A DNA stretch of 64,000 nt from positions 1,240,001-1,304,000 of the forward strand of contig NW_026250403.1 in assembly GCF_024521635.1 (NCBI RefSeq), written 5' to 3'. Origin of the DNA: Tricharina praecox. Lineage: Eukaryota. Each line of letters begins with the position of its first letter. The stretch's first letter is position 1. Below, piece by piece: positions 26,470-38,658 of the stretch. Made by a program: the position numbers and the translations under genes. The notes below the pieces were generated by a model. That model searched no databases and had not been told where the DNA came from. It worked only from the letters and a program-made list of their open reading frames with translations.

Positions 26470-29400
26470 ATGGCCGCACGCAAGATCACCGCTGTTGGCT
26501 CGCTCGCCTGGCTTGCAAACGAACGGCAGACCATCAAGCAACTCGAAGAGCAAGATGTTGAGGACATCGCCTATGCTGTCCGTAACGACATGGACTGGCT
26601 CAATGAGCACATGGCAAACATCTTCGAGAAAAACATATTGTACGCGATGAACACCGATTTGCAGGAGGAGCACGCGCTGATGTGGTGGGGCGTCTAGTGA
26701 CATGGCGGAGATAATGAAAACCCCCGGGCGATTACGACTGAAGACCCCAGGGAAAACGCCCCGTACGCTGCTGCGGAGGCCGTTCGTCAACCCCGATGAG
26801 GAGGTACTTAATTGTCATTTCGTTGGCTAGACTAGGCTGCATGGCCGGAGTCCTTTGTTAACGCGTTCTTTGATATAGCAACACTCCGACATCTTCAATA
26901 GCCGTCCAGCCGCAACACCCTTTGCCAACCGACTCCAGAAGCCCATTCCGGCGTCCGCCAAAAAGCAAAGTGCACCTCCGCCCCCAACCCAACCGACGTT
27001 TATCCCGCCTACCCAACTCGAACTTCCAACTCCGGATTCTCCACATCAGCTCTCGCCCACGAGAAGCCCCACTAGGACATCGCCGCGCAAACAACCGAGC
27101 CCAACCAAGGTCGATACGCCTGTCAAGAGCCCCATCAAAGACATCGTCATACAGCCCCCGACATCTCCGGGCGCTGATCGTATCTCACGACAAGCACCAC
27201 CAAACTTCGGCGATAGTGGCTTCTTCACCTCGTCAAATCCTAACTCTCAAGCTGAAGCTTCCCAGAACAGGCCGCGTGATTCCACTATCTCCCAATTGTC
27301 CGTCGACACCAATGCAAGGAGGCACAGCGAATTCAATGATGGAAGAAACTCATTTTCTACAGCAAAGGAGGATGTATCTATGCACCCGCCGTCGTCACCT
27401 GTCGAGGAGGTCATTCTTCTCGGTGCAAATCCTCCAGAATTGTCTGCCGAGCGGGAGCCATCTGAGGAGACGGACGACGACGATGAGGAGGAGGAGGAGG
27501 AGGAGGATGAGGAGGAGGATGAGCAACCAGAGCTATATCACGAAACGCCCATCAGGCCACCACCTCTTTCTACCATGAATATTAAGGCCTCTCCCCTTGA
27601 ACCTCGCCGTTCAGGACGCTTGGCAGTGACGACAACAGCATCCGAACCGCGGGAGCAAGCACCGCCTGTACCTGAAGCTGTTCCGTCACCACCTAGGGAA
27701 ACACGTGGAGCAAGTATGACAGATGTCGATGAACCCGCGAGCCCCACGGAACCTATGGAGGACATTGCAGTATACCCAGTACTTCCCGCAGTAAAATCCA
27801 AGGCGCCTGAACCGGAACCTATTGAGCCGGAGCCAATTGAACAAGAAACGATGGAAGTTGAGGCGATGGAACCTGAGGCCACCAAACCTGAGACGCTGGA
27901 ACCAGAGGCAATGCAGATTGAGAGAATTTTGGAGACTCCCTCGCAATCTTGCAACATGGTAGAATCGGAAACCCCTTCAGAGCCCCCCACGCCGGACATT
28001 CCCGCAATGCGGAAGAGTAGTATGAGCTTTGCATCCCTCCCGGCCCGCGAGCCATTAACGAGTAAGAAGAGCATGGGAGCAAAGGCGATACGGGAAAGCC
28101 AGCTGGAGCAGTTGAAGCAGGACGGGGCACAACAAAGAGCAAGCTGGAAGAAGAGTAATGGGAAGAGTTTGGGTGGAAGTTCGAGGTCGATTATCCGGAA
28201 AACTCAGGAAGAAGAGAATGAAGAGGAGGAAGGGACAACCGAGCCGAAGACAGGAGAGAAGCGGAAGAGTAATGATGCTGGTTCGTCCAGATACAGGAAG
28301 ATATCGAGGGGAGCAGACCTCGTCGGAGTCGTGGTTCAAGAGACAACGAAGATTCCTACCAAGAGTGGAGACGACGGTTCGGATTCTGAGATCCGCAACC
28401 ACAGCAAGGCATCTACGCAGCGGCTTCACGACAAGATTCAGCTCCTCGGGAAGCACAGTGCCCGCACAGCGCGTTCATTCCCTGCTACAGCTGCTCATGC
28501 TCATATTGGATACCCCGACCTCTCCGAACATGACCAAGATGGTTCAGCAACGCAAAAGGAAAAGACCCACCCTGGAGTGGATGAGGCCGGAGAGACTGTT
28601 CGCGTAAAGTCACAGTTCCCACGCAGCAAGACTGAAGGCGCCGTCTTTGGCGTCGCACCAGAAGAACCAATTAAACCGGTATCTCCCCGCAGATTGGCGC
28701 CACTCAAGACTCGGACACCCGCATCGCCGTCTGTTAATCGCACGGTGGACTTGGCGATCATTGACAAGCCAGGGCAGTCTTCCAGCCGCCCTGCTCTGAG
28801 CCCTACCTCTCCCATGAAGACGGTCACCTATGCCTCGATTGCCGATGTGCCCCAATTTGCCGCTAATAGTGGTGCATCGTCAACAAAGAAAACTCCTTCC
28901 GCAGACACGACTCTCTCAGCTGTCAAGGCCCAGACATCGAATATGATCAAGAAGGCGAAGGAGATGTGGATGAAGAGCGCCAGTAGTTCAGACAAGCCAG
29001 AGCCAGTGGGATCCCCTCCACCTCCCCTCCGGAAATGGCAGGGCGCGGAGTCTCTGCAGGACATCTTCAAGAGAGACGCGAGCCCCATCGTTTCCCAGGA
29101 CCAGCCAAAGGCCCGACAGGAATCGTACCCGGATCTCGGGTCCGTTCTGTCGTCGAGTGTTGGTAAGGTGATCGAGAGAGAGGAGTTTACTGCGCCATCG
29201 CTGTCTGTGGTGGAAACCTTGAGGGAGGAGGGACGGCAGACTAGGAATTCCCGTTCGAGAACCGCAGAAGCAGCCAAGACCGCAACACCCACACCCACGA
29301 TTGAAGACGCCGACCCTGAGGCAATGCCGGTATCCCCTGGTCGGCAAACTCGTAATTCAAGACCTAAGGAGGATGCTCATCTTGAGGATGCTTCACCTAG

Positions 29401-31211
29401 GTCTACTAAATCACCAGCACCACGAAAGGCTAAGAAGAGCATCGTTGACCCTGCAGCAGAGGAGGAGCGCAAGAAACGCCTCGCAGAAATTTACAAACAG
29501 GCACAAGCAGATAAAGAGAGGATGGAGCGGCAAAAGGAAGAAGAACAGCGGAAACTCAAGGAGCCTAGTCCAATGGTTTCTGAAGAGGAAGAAGAGCCCG
29601 TTCCGTCTGAGCCCAGCCGATCACGGTATGGCTCCGCTGAAGCAGAGCGACCTACATCGCGACTTCAGCAGAGAGGATTGCGCTTCCAGAAACTCGAGCC
29701 GAAACGCACTGTGAGGACGGCCGCGAAGGAACAACCTACAGTCAAGCCCGCTCCGATACCGATGAAGATCAGCACTGCCAGCCAGCGAGAGATGCACGAC
29801 CAACGCCTTAAGGGCACCACTAGTTCAGCGATTGTCTCTGCGCTCAAAAGCACATTTGAAGCTTCGCAGCCACCACCTCCCGTGCAACAACCGACCTTGC
29901 ACACTTCATCGTCGAACGGGAGTCTCCGGAGTCTTGCTTCTACTGGAATAACGAAACAGGTGAGGTCGCTTCAGTCCGCGGCCAGTCAACGAAAGAAGGA
30001 GCAGGAAGAGAAGGATAAGAAGAGACGAGAGCAAGAACGGCGAAGGGCAGAAAACCAGAGGAAGCAGGATGAGGAACAGAAGAGAATCCAAGCGCTCAGG
30101 CAGAAAGCTACAACGCCGGGTCTTGTTCCCACTGCCAAACCTGGAGCCCGTGCCCAAGGGCAAAATGTTAGTGGCACGCACCTCCGTACCTTCGGGAACC
30201 CGGTCACTAACCTACTTACGAATCAGCCCCGTCCGATTTCACAGGAACCCGAGACAACTAGGGTCGTTAAACCTTACGGTTCGCTCAATAAGAACCCGTA
30301 TGGCCAGGGCAGCATCAAGCGCACTCATCCTCAGGATATGGAGGAGCCGCAAAGTCGACATGTCCCTTCGCGCCCTGGAACAGCTGCTTCTTACCACCAG
30401 GACGGCCCCAAAAAGCGTCGGACGAATGATTATGAAGATCGAGCTTATGAGATGCCACCACCAATTCGTGCCTCAATGGTGAAGAAGGTTGATACATCCC
30501 AAAAGCCAGGAAGTCTGGTCTCCATGGAACTCCAGCCGCTGACTAAAGAAAAGGATATCGGATCGAAAGGACTCGCCCATGGATACGTTCAGGCAGCAGC
30601 CACTGCTGTAGCTTCATCCACCATGAAGGCTCCGGGTTCTAGGGTGCCACAAATTGAGGCCGTCAAGTTTTCCAAGGAGAAGATCAACTTTGCTGGCGGA
30701 ACTCCCGGACCGTCGTCATCGTCAGGGGCGGGTTTCAAAACACCTGGTACCAAAGTCAACAGTCTCAAGAGCAAGACTCCGGCTTTCAAAGAAAGCCCGT
30801 TATATCAACCCGGCGAGTCCATTGTGCTGCCCGATATCCCGACTGAGTATGCACTCCCGATTCCCCTTTTCCAACCAGTTGACTGATTGCAATTCTAGTT
30901 CGGAGGATGAGGATGACGATTACCCCAAGAAGAACGACTTTAGTGTACCGCAATGGGCCGAATCGCCAGAACTGCGTGATCTACTGCGTCAACAGCAGGC
31001 AGTCGATCCAGCTTCGATCTTTGGACCCATGGCCAAGTTGGACATGGAGGCGATCTTTAAGAACGAGGCCAAGACGGGACGGTTCCGTGCCAGAACATCG
31101 AGTGCTAACTGGGGCGGTGCCGATCGTTTAACGCAAGCAGAGATCATTGCCGACCAGGAGGCCAGAAGGAAAATGATGGAGACGGGTAAATGGGTGCCTT
31201 CCGGGTTGTAG
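26470..31211 (+). CDS. Inner centromere protein INCENP (Sli15/Pic1), ~1476 aa; exons 26470-26639, 26698-26803, 26879-30166, 30227-30487, 30554-30846, 30899-31211 (the two in-frame introns are less certain)
   Basis: N-terminal AVRNDMDWLNEHMANIF...MKTPGRLR; charged coiled coil; C-terminal Aurora-binding IN-box LPDIPTDSEDED...VPQWAESPELRDLL...DPASIFG...RFRARTSSANW. Confidence 0.9.
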
Positions 31212-31694
31212 ATGAGGAGGAAGAGGAAAGAAAGGTGGAGGAGTTTGGTCTTGTCTGCGTTCATTCATCCGGGGCTGCGTACATTTTGGTACTTTGTTTA
31301 TGGCGGACAGAGGAAAGGGGGTGGAGTAGAGCTACATGTTTTTTCATTCTGTTTTTCTCTTCTTTACGGGAAACATTCGTATCGCATCTTGTTGCTTTCG
31401 TTTCGGCATTGCTTTTTCTTGTACATCACCACTTGCGAACGCTGGTTTCTTTCTATGTAGAACAAAAAACGTAAGGGGACGTCTATTACTAACTGTTGGT
31501 TATGGTTGGCGAAGGGATAGGGGATTGTTATTATTTCGTTTATTATCTGGGCGTTTTCTGCTATTTGTTTTGTATTGTACTCTACTCTATGCGCGACGCT
31601 TGTGAGCATGGATTCTGTTACGTCATGACCATAGCTTCACCACTGTGCTACACAACAGCTTCTCTCTACACATCACCACCACACCAATTGAGCA

Positions 31695-33445
31695 ATGCAG
31701 CGCCTCACATATCTCCTAGGCCCATCGCTCCGTGCACGTCCCGTCCTGCGGCGGTTGGCTCAGCCAGCCAGTGCCGGGTTCTTCAGAGCTCCCATAAGCA
31801 CCCACACCGTTCCGACTGTAGAGCTTCCCCACCCGACCCCCGGCCCGCACCGCTCAACTAACGAACACAGCTCAAAGACCCGACACTCCTGAAACCATTC
31901 CCCTTCCTGGACAATGAATTCCTTGTGCCCACGGCCTCCCAAAGTACCTTCACGGTCGCCGACCCCGTGTCCGGCCAGACCATCGCGCAAGTCCCTGACC
32001 AAGGCGTCGAGGACGTGCGGCGGGCCATCAGCTCCGCGTCCACGGCCTTCAAGTCGTTCCGGCACACGACCGCGCGCGAGCGCGCCAACCTTCTGCGGCG
32101 GTGGAACGACCTCGTGCTAGAGAACAAGGAGGACCTCGCCACGATCATAACGTGGGAGAACGGCAAGCCGATCGCCGACGCCCGCGGCGAAGTCTCGTAC
32201 GCCGCCAGCTTCCTCGAGTGGTTCGCCGAGGAGGCTCCCCGCGTCTATGGCGACACCATCCCCGCCGGCGTGCGCGCGAACCGCATCATCACCCAGCGCC
32301 AGCCCATCGGCGTCTGCGGGCTCATCACCCCTTGGAACTTTCCGGCCGCCATGATCACACGCAAGGTGGGGCCTGCGCTGGCAGCCGGGTGCACCGTCGT
32401 CATCAAGGCGCCGGGTGAAACGCCGTTGACGAGTTTGGCGTTGGCGGAGCTGGCGAAGAGGGCGGGCATCCCGCCGGGTGTGCTGAATATCGTTACGACT
32501 CTCGAGAATACGCCAGAGGTCGGAAGGGAGATGTGTAGCAACTCAACGGTGAAGAAGATTTCGTTTACCGGAAGCACGCCGGTGGGAAAGCTGCTTATGC
32601 GGCAGTCAGCCGACACGCTGAAGAAGCTCAGCTTTGAGCTGGGCGGTAACGCACCGTTCATTGTCTTCGACGATGCGGACCTTGACATCGCCGTTGCTGG
32701 TGCGGTCATATCGAAATTCCGCAGTTCGGGCCAGACCTGTGTCTGTGCCAACCGTATCTTTGTCCAAGAGGGCGTATATGATGAGTTCGCCGAGAGGCTC
32801 TCAGATAAGGTTAAGGAATTCCGGGTCGGCTCGGGTTACAATACGAATACTACTCATGGCCCGCTTATTCATCCCCGCGCGGTAAAGAAGGTGCATGATC
32901 ATGTTGAGGATGCACGGGAGGCGGGCGCAGAGGTGCTGCTCGGTGGGAAGAAGATGGAGCATCTCGGAATGAACTTTTATGAACCTACTATTCTCACCGG
33001 GATGAAGACGGAGATGGTAACTATCCATATTCGCTATGTGTATGATATGCTGATGCTGATGCCTCATGAAGCGTCTCTACCGCGAGGAAACTTTCGGGCC
33101 GGTGGCAGCACTGTTCCCTTTCAAGACGGAGAAGGAAGTTGTCGAGCTTGCGAATGATACCGACGTGGGCCTTGCGGCATACTTCTTCTCGAAGGATTAT
33201 AGTCGGATCTGGCGGGTGGCTGAGGCCCTGGAAGGTACGTAATCATCCCCCGCGCTGTCATTGACTGGCTGACTGGCTCAGTGGGGATGGTCGGGATCAA
33301 TACCGGGCTGATCTCCGATCCTGCGGCTCCGTTCGGAGGAGTCAAGCAGAGCGGCTTTGGAAGGGAAGGGAGCAAGTACGGGATCGATGAGTACACGGTC
33401 GTCAAGATGATGACGTTCGGCGGGATTGGTGATCTGCAGGAGTAG
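31695..33445 (+). CDS. UGA2: Succinate-semialdehyde dehydrogenase (ALDH5/GabD/Uga2-like) with a mitochondrial presequence, ~531 aa; exons 31695-31817, 31871-33016, 33072-33234, 33282-33445
   Basis: [43 protein letters not shown], catalytic Cys in [20 protein letters not shown] and [22 protein letters not shown]. Confidence 0.92.
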
Positions 33446-35227
33446 TGTATTATAGCAGAGATGATTGCACCATTCGGTGATGCTCTTGCCATAGAAATAA
33501 GCACTCAGCACAACCGGCTACACGGATATCACACACTCCCTACCTACTATGGCAGGCCCTCAATCAATTTTTTGAAATTGTATCTTGAACAGGTGGTTGT
33601 GGATGTTTCGGGAAGGCTTTTTTTGTTTCATCCTGGATTGATTGCGGCCTATCTACCCAGATCATGGCGGTACACTCTCTGTTTCTATGTCTACTGTCCA
33701 ACCCATCTTTCGTCAGACGGCCGGTTACTGGAGTACATACCGGCCGGGGAGGTAGTGCCCACTGGTTTCCGAAAAGCTGTACGGTCTCGCCAAATTACAC
33801 TGTGCTTACCTATGCACGAGTGCGTGGCTATGGCACCGGTTTCCCGTATTGCAACCGTGTTGTAGCAATGCATCCTTTCCTCATACACGGGCTCAGTCAG
33901 CCGGAGAAAGGTCACGGCCTCTGGTCGAAGACTCATTCTCGTAGTATTAGTCAGTGCGGCTGTGATGTGCCTGGAGGTAGACGTTCCTAAGTACTGTGAT
34001 CCATGAGTACCTACCGTACTATGTATTGTACATCCTTAGGTGACTAATACCTCGATTCATCATCGTAGATATGAGTCTCCAAGATAGTACCGCTTACTCA
34101 CACAACTGTTTGTTTTTTACCAGCGGTTGACAGCCATGACCGTGTCCTGCCCAAAATGTCGGATATTACCTATACCCATGGTAGAGTACATCTGAAGTCC
34201 GGCTAAGCCCTTGCACCCAGCCGATCACCGGGCTTGTATGTGTGGGTGTGTATGCCCAGAGTGGTGCCTGAACTTCCGCAGATATGGATGAGGCGCATGA
34301 CGTGCAGCAGCACCCTCGACATGCCGAGACAGGCAACTGTTCTAGAAGCGCAAACGAGACGCAGCGCAAGAGCCCCTGGAAACTTTGCGGAAGATGGCAG
34401 TGTTCTGCGGATTCACTGCCGGTGCCTGTGGTGACTCACAGATGGGAGGGGGAGGGGGAGGGGGAGAGGGGGGAAGTGGCAGGTGGATGGGCAGACAGAT
34501 GAACGGGGCTGCCACAGACGCGGTAGCCTCGTTCTCGTCCTCGTCCTCGTCCTTGTCTAACTACCCCGCAGCCGCGGCCGCGGCTTAAGCGCTCGCACAC
34601 GAGGGAAAAGGCACGTCGGCGGCGTCAAAGGTACCGAGTTCCTCCATCTCGGAATGAAACATTTGCACCCTGGCGCGCTCGCTAGCTACTATAATTTCCG
34701 CGACCCAAAGAGCGGAGAAGGAGGAGGAGGCGGAGAACTAATTGCAGCCGCTGTTGTGGCGAAGTAGGTATGCATATGTTTTGGGGATCTGGAATGAGCC
34801 CCAGGCCCGCGGGGACTCGGAGAGTACCTAATTACTTACCTACTCTAGTGGGTCAAACTGTCAGCGACTGCTGCCTAGTCAGCGATAAGGGGATGCATAT
34901 CCTGCAACGGCATACGATATCGCACACTCAGCCGGAATCCAGCAGGGCTGAGACGCTGTAGGTGGTTACACGACATACATTACAAGACGTACAGATGCTT
35001 CGGATCCGAGACGAATGACTAGGTCAGATTTATTGTGGGCGGAGCGGTTCATGGACGATGCTTATGGCAGTGGACGGCCGTAGATGTTGGTATATGCCGG
35101 TGCTTGTGCTTGTGCTTGTGCTGGTGGTGGCAGTGATCCTGTGACGAGATCATATGACTGGTGGGAATGAGTGGGTGAATATAGTGTCTCGAGGTACCAT
35201 ACATAACATGAGGGCAGTGGATGTGTG

Positions 35228-35233
35228 TATAAA
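35228..35233 (+). promoter_or_regulatory. Putative TATA box of the 35366-35836 orphan gene
   Basis: TATAAA about 135 bp upstream of the ATG, followed by a CCAA-rich leader. Confidence 0.5.
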
Positions 35234-35365
35234 TCCGCCCATTCCCACCCGCCCCAAGACCCTCCCTCACCAAACCATCCAGAAAACGAAGCAAGAACCC
35301 AACCCGGAGCCCAAACCAACCAAACCAAACCAACCAGACCAAATCAACCCACAAAAACCCAAGCA

Positions 35366-35836
35366 ATGACCACCATCCCCGCCGTCCGCCTCCTCATGCA
35401 CGCCGGGACCTCCCAAGAATACACCATGACCGTCCCGACGGCACCACACATCTACACGGCGCCGTCCCCGCGCGCCCCCTCTCCCGCCGGGGTTTTGGTG
35501 CCGTACCGGGCACCCACCCCGGTGGCAGCCCCGACCGCCCCGCAGTCCTATAACTCCATGACTACGGCAATGACTTACCGTCCGCCGGCAAACCAGCCGG
35601 ACCACTGGTCGCTGCGCGTGCCCGATGCTGCCGGCGACGGGTGGCACAAGTGGGAGTACACGCATATGCATGCGCCCGCTGAGTGTGGCTGCAGGGAGTG
35701 CGCGAAGGATAGGGAGAGGGAGAGGGAGCGCGAGGAGAGGATGGAGAAGGAGAGGGTGTGGCAGCGCGAGAAGGAGCGGGAGCGGTCGAGGGAGAGGCTT
35801 GTTGTTGTTAGAAGGTCCACGAGGTACTGGCGCTGA
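35366..35836 (+). CDS. Hypothetical small protein (156 aa): Pro/Thr/Ala-rich, H/C motif, RE-rich tail
   Basis: ATG in GCAATG context after a TATA box and an A/C-rich leader; GC-rich third positions; T-rich 3' flank. I recognise no family. Confidence 0.7.
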   Translation: MTTIPAVRLLMHAGTSQEYTMTVPTAPHIYTAPSPRAPSPAGVLVPYRAPTPVAAPTAPQSYNSMTTAMTYRPPANQPDHWSLRVPDAAGDGWHKWEYTHMHAPAECGCRECAKDREREREREERMEKERVWQREKERERSRERLVVVRRSTRYWR

Positions 35837-36781
35837 AGCGTCAGGAGTGATGGGATCTGGTAGCTTGTTTAGTTTTTGTTTTGGGAGGTTTTTGGGATTC
35901 GCTGGGAGTTTTCTGTTTGTTATTGTTGTGCCTTTGACTGGATAGGAGTTTTTTGGTTTTATGATGATGTCTGAAGAGACGATGAACTTTATGGTTAACT
36001 ATGAGCGTTTGCTTTGGTGGATTTGATTTGGTACTCCGAGTATTTAGACAAATGAGATTCTCTGTTGAAGCAATATGTCTGGCCAAAACTCCCTGGATGT
36101 GTCAAGGCCTACCATAATGGATGGGCACCCAACGGCCAATTGAACGGTGTCTTCGCCGGGGGAGGGGGGAAGGTTCGTTTCAATAATCGGCGGTGAGATT
36201 TCCACAGGCAGCCGGCCCACTGCACCAACGGAAGAAATTAGCAGGGTGTTTCATTATCGGGCGAGACCCACGGCTGATCATCGTGAAACGTTCTTCCGTT
36301 TTCCCCCCAGGCCATTGTTGTCCAGCCAGTCATTATACCACGTATGTCGGCTTCCGCATCTCGTATATTCTATTACAGCCGTCTCAGCCGTCTTGCGAAG
36401 GCGCTCCGCCGCCTTTTGATCAAAGAGTTACTCGCCTAGGTCCCACAGTCCCGCACGCTATGTACGACTTATTACCGTCCCTATGGTTGCCCCAACTCTA
36501 GTTTCCGTGTATGCACAATGATTGCACAATCCAGAGTCCAGACCGCTCTTTATGTGCTGCCCTGTCACCACACGTCACTCGACCTTTCTTCCCGTGAACT
36601 GCAGATGAACTGGTAGATCAGGTATTACATGACTTCCCCGCAATCTAGGCCTCAGTCTCCCTACTATCCGGACCGCTGGCTAATATAAAAACTATAGTTA
36701 CCTGCTTCTAATATCTACTACGTCCTGCCTGATTATCCCCCTTCCTTCCTTCCGCAAGAGAAGACCATTACCCACCCTAAT

Positions 36782-37732
36782 CTACACCATCCCCTGCCCC
36801 TCCCACCCCGTCCCCGGCCTGGATCCCGGCCTGGATCCACTAACACTCTCCAACCTCTTACTCGTAATGAAGTTCATATACAGACTGTAGGTACTGCCCC
36901 TCTGCTGCTGCCTTGACGCCGGCGCTCCCAGCCTCAGTCTCATCCGCAGGACCACCTTCTTAACCGCGAAGACGAGCGACGTGCAAGCCGGCTGCGTTTT
37001 CACCGCGAGCGCCGTGGCGAGGGCGGAGGCTCGGGCTCGAAGGGGGGGAACCATCCCCAAGAGAAGCCGGAGTTCCGCGCGGAACAGGGTGTTCGTCCGT
37101 GAGCAGACAAGCTTCACCCGCTTCACCACACCGCCGGAGCGGATACCGAGCTCGAGGATAGCCGCGATGATCCGCGGCTTTACGTGCTGCCGCCAGTGCT
37201 CCCGCATCCGCGCCGCGAGTGATTCCGACTTCGAGGCCGCCGCGCCGGTAATGGAGCGAGAGGTGGCGAGGGCTTGCGTGGTGATGGCTCGTGACGCCTC
37301 GCTGATCTTGCCAGCGATCTCTCTGCATCCCTCCGCCGCCCGCGAGGCGACGCACTGCAGCAGGTCCGCAGTCCGCCGCACGACCGGCAGCAGCATGCAC
37401 TCCCCCACTTCCCACGCTTTCGCATCTATCCTCTTCAACGCTGCTCCTGCAGCGCACACGCCTGTCCCTGCCAGCTCCCACGTCTTTCCGGCCACAGACC
37501 CCAGCGCACCCACCGTCTTCCGCAGGTAGCGCGCCGATTTACCGTACACACCGATAGCAGCCGCACCAGCCGCGCGGAGACCCGCAAGGATCCTCGCCGC
37601 CGTGGATGCAATATCCAGCATCCCCGCCGCTGCTGCCGCTACCGCTGCCTCGTACACCCTCCGGAGCCATGAAGCAGCAGCGTAGATTCGTAGCAACTGC
37701 TCGCTGGTCGTGTTCGTGTTCGGAGCGCGCAT
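36782..37732 (-). CDS. Hypothetical Ala/Arg-rich helical protein (~316 aa; start uncertain)
   Basis: Open frame of more than 1 kb with coding-like GC content between non-coding-looking flanks; first in-frame ATG at 37732. I recognise no family. Confidence 0.55.
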   Translation of the reverse strand: MRAPNTNTTSEQLLRIYAAASWLRRVYEAAVAAAAAGMLDIASTAARILAGLRAAGAAAIGVYGKSARYLRKTVGALGSVAGKTWELAGTGVCAAGAALKRIDAKAWEVGECMLLPVVRRTADLLQCVASRAAEGCREIAGKISEASRAITTQALATSRSITGAAASKSESLAARMREHWRQHVKPRIIAAILELGIRSGGVVKRVKLVCSRTNTLFRAELRLLLGMVPPLRARASALATALAVKTQPACTSLVFAVKKVVLRMRLRLGAPASRQQQRGSTYSLYMNFITSKRLESVSGSRPGSRPGTGWEGQGMV

Positions 37733-38658
37733 GACGGTCGGGGTCCATCGGCTCGTGAATAGCCGGCCTTGTCGTACTCGTATCGTAGTTATGGTATCGT
37801 ACTCGTGTGGTATTGTATCGTGTCGTATCGTATTGTATCCTATTAAAGCGTATCGCAATCCAATCCGTAAATGATCTGTGAATACTCCCGAACTCGGAGT
37901 CTGAACTCTGAGCCGCGGACATCACCACGCCTTTAAGACCTCCCACTGCTCATCTCGTATCGTCCCGTATCGTATCCGCAAGAGAAACCCCACCCCACCC
38001 AACACACTTATCCGCGACGCAGCATGCCGCAGACCAGCTTCACTTCACCTCAGTTCACTCCAAGTCTTCACGTAATTCATCCGCCTCCACGTCCACGTCA
38101 TTCATCCGCCGGACAGGATAAGTAGATAAAAGCATCCCTCCCCCCCGCGTCTCGGATGGAGAGTCGTGACGTACCGCCATGTCTCAGCCTGCGGGCCGCT
38201 GTCTCAGCCGAGCTCACCGGTGCATGGAGATCATACATAGGTACATATGATAGATATATGGTAGGCATGTAAGCAGGTAAATAGATAGGTATGGCCAAAG
38301 GAGTATACATATTCTCCAGTTTCCACGAAGACTCACACATTAACGTATGTACATACAAAGAGCGAGAAGAAGAAGAAGCAGCAGCAAGGTACAATAAACG
38401 AAGAACGGAACGGTATGGATGGATGGATGGATGATGTTGATGTTGATGATGAAAGAAACAGATGATCAATTGCAAAACGCCGCCGCCTGCCCACGCTTCC
38501 CGGCCTGTTCGAGGAAGCTAAACCCCACCCACCCCACCCTCAATATGAAAAAGAAGGAGAAAGAAAAGAAAAAGAAGAATAAAACAATGGACATATAACT
38601 ACCGATGAAGATCTAATCGAGAGAGGAGAGGAACCAGGAAGGGATGCAAAACGCAAAA

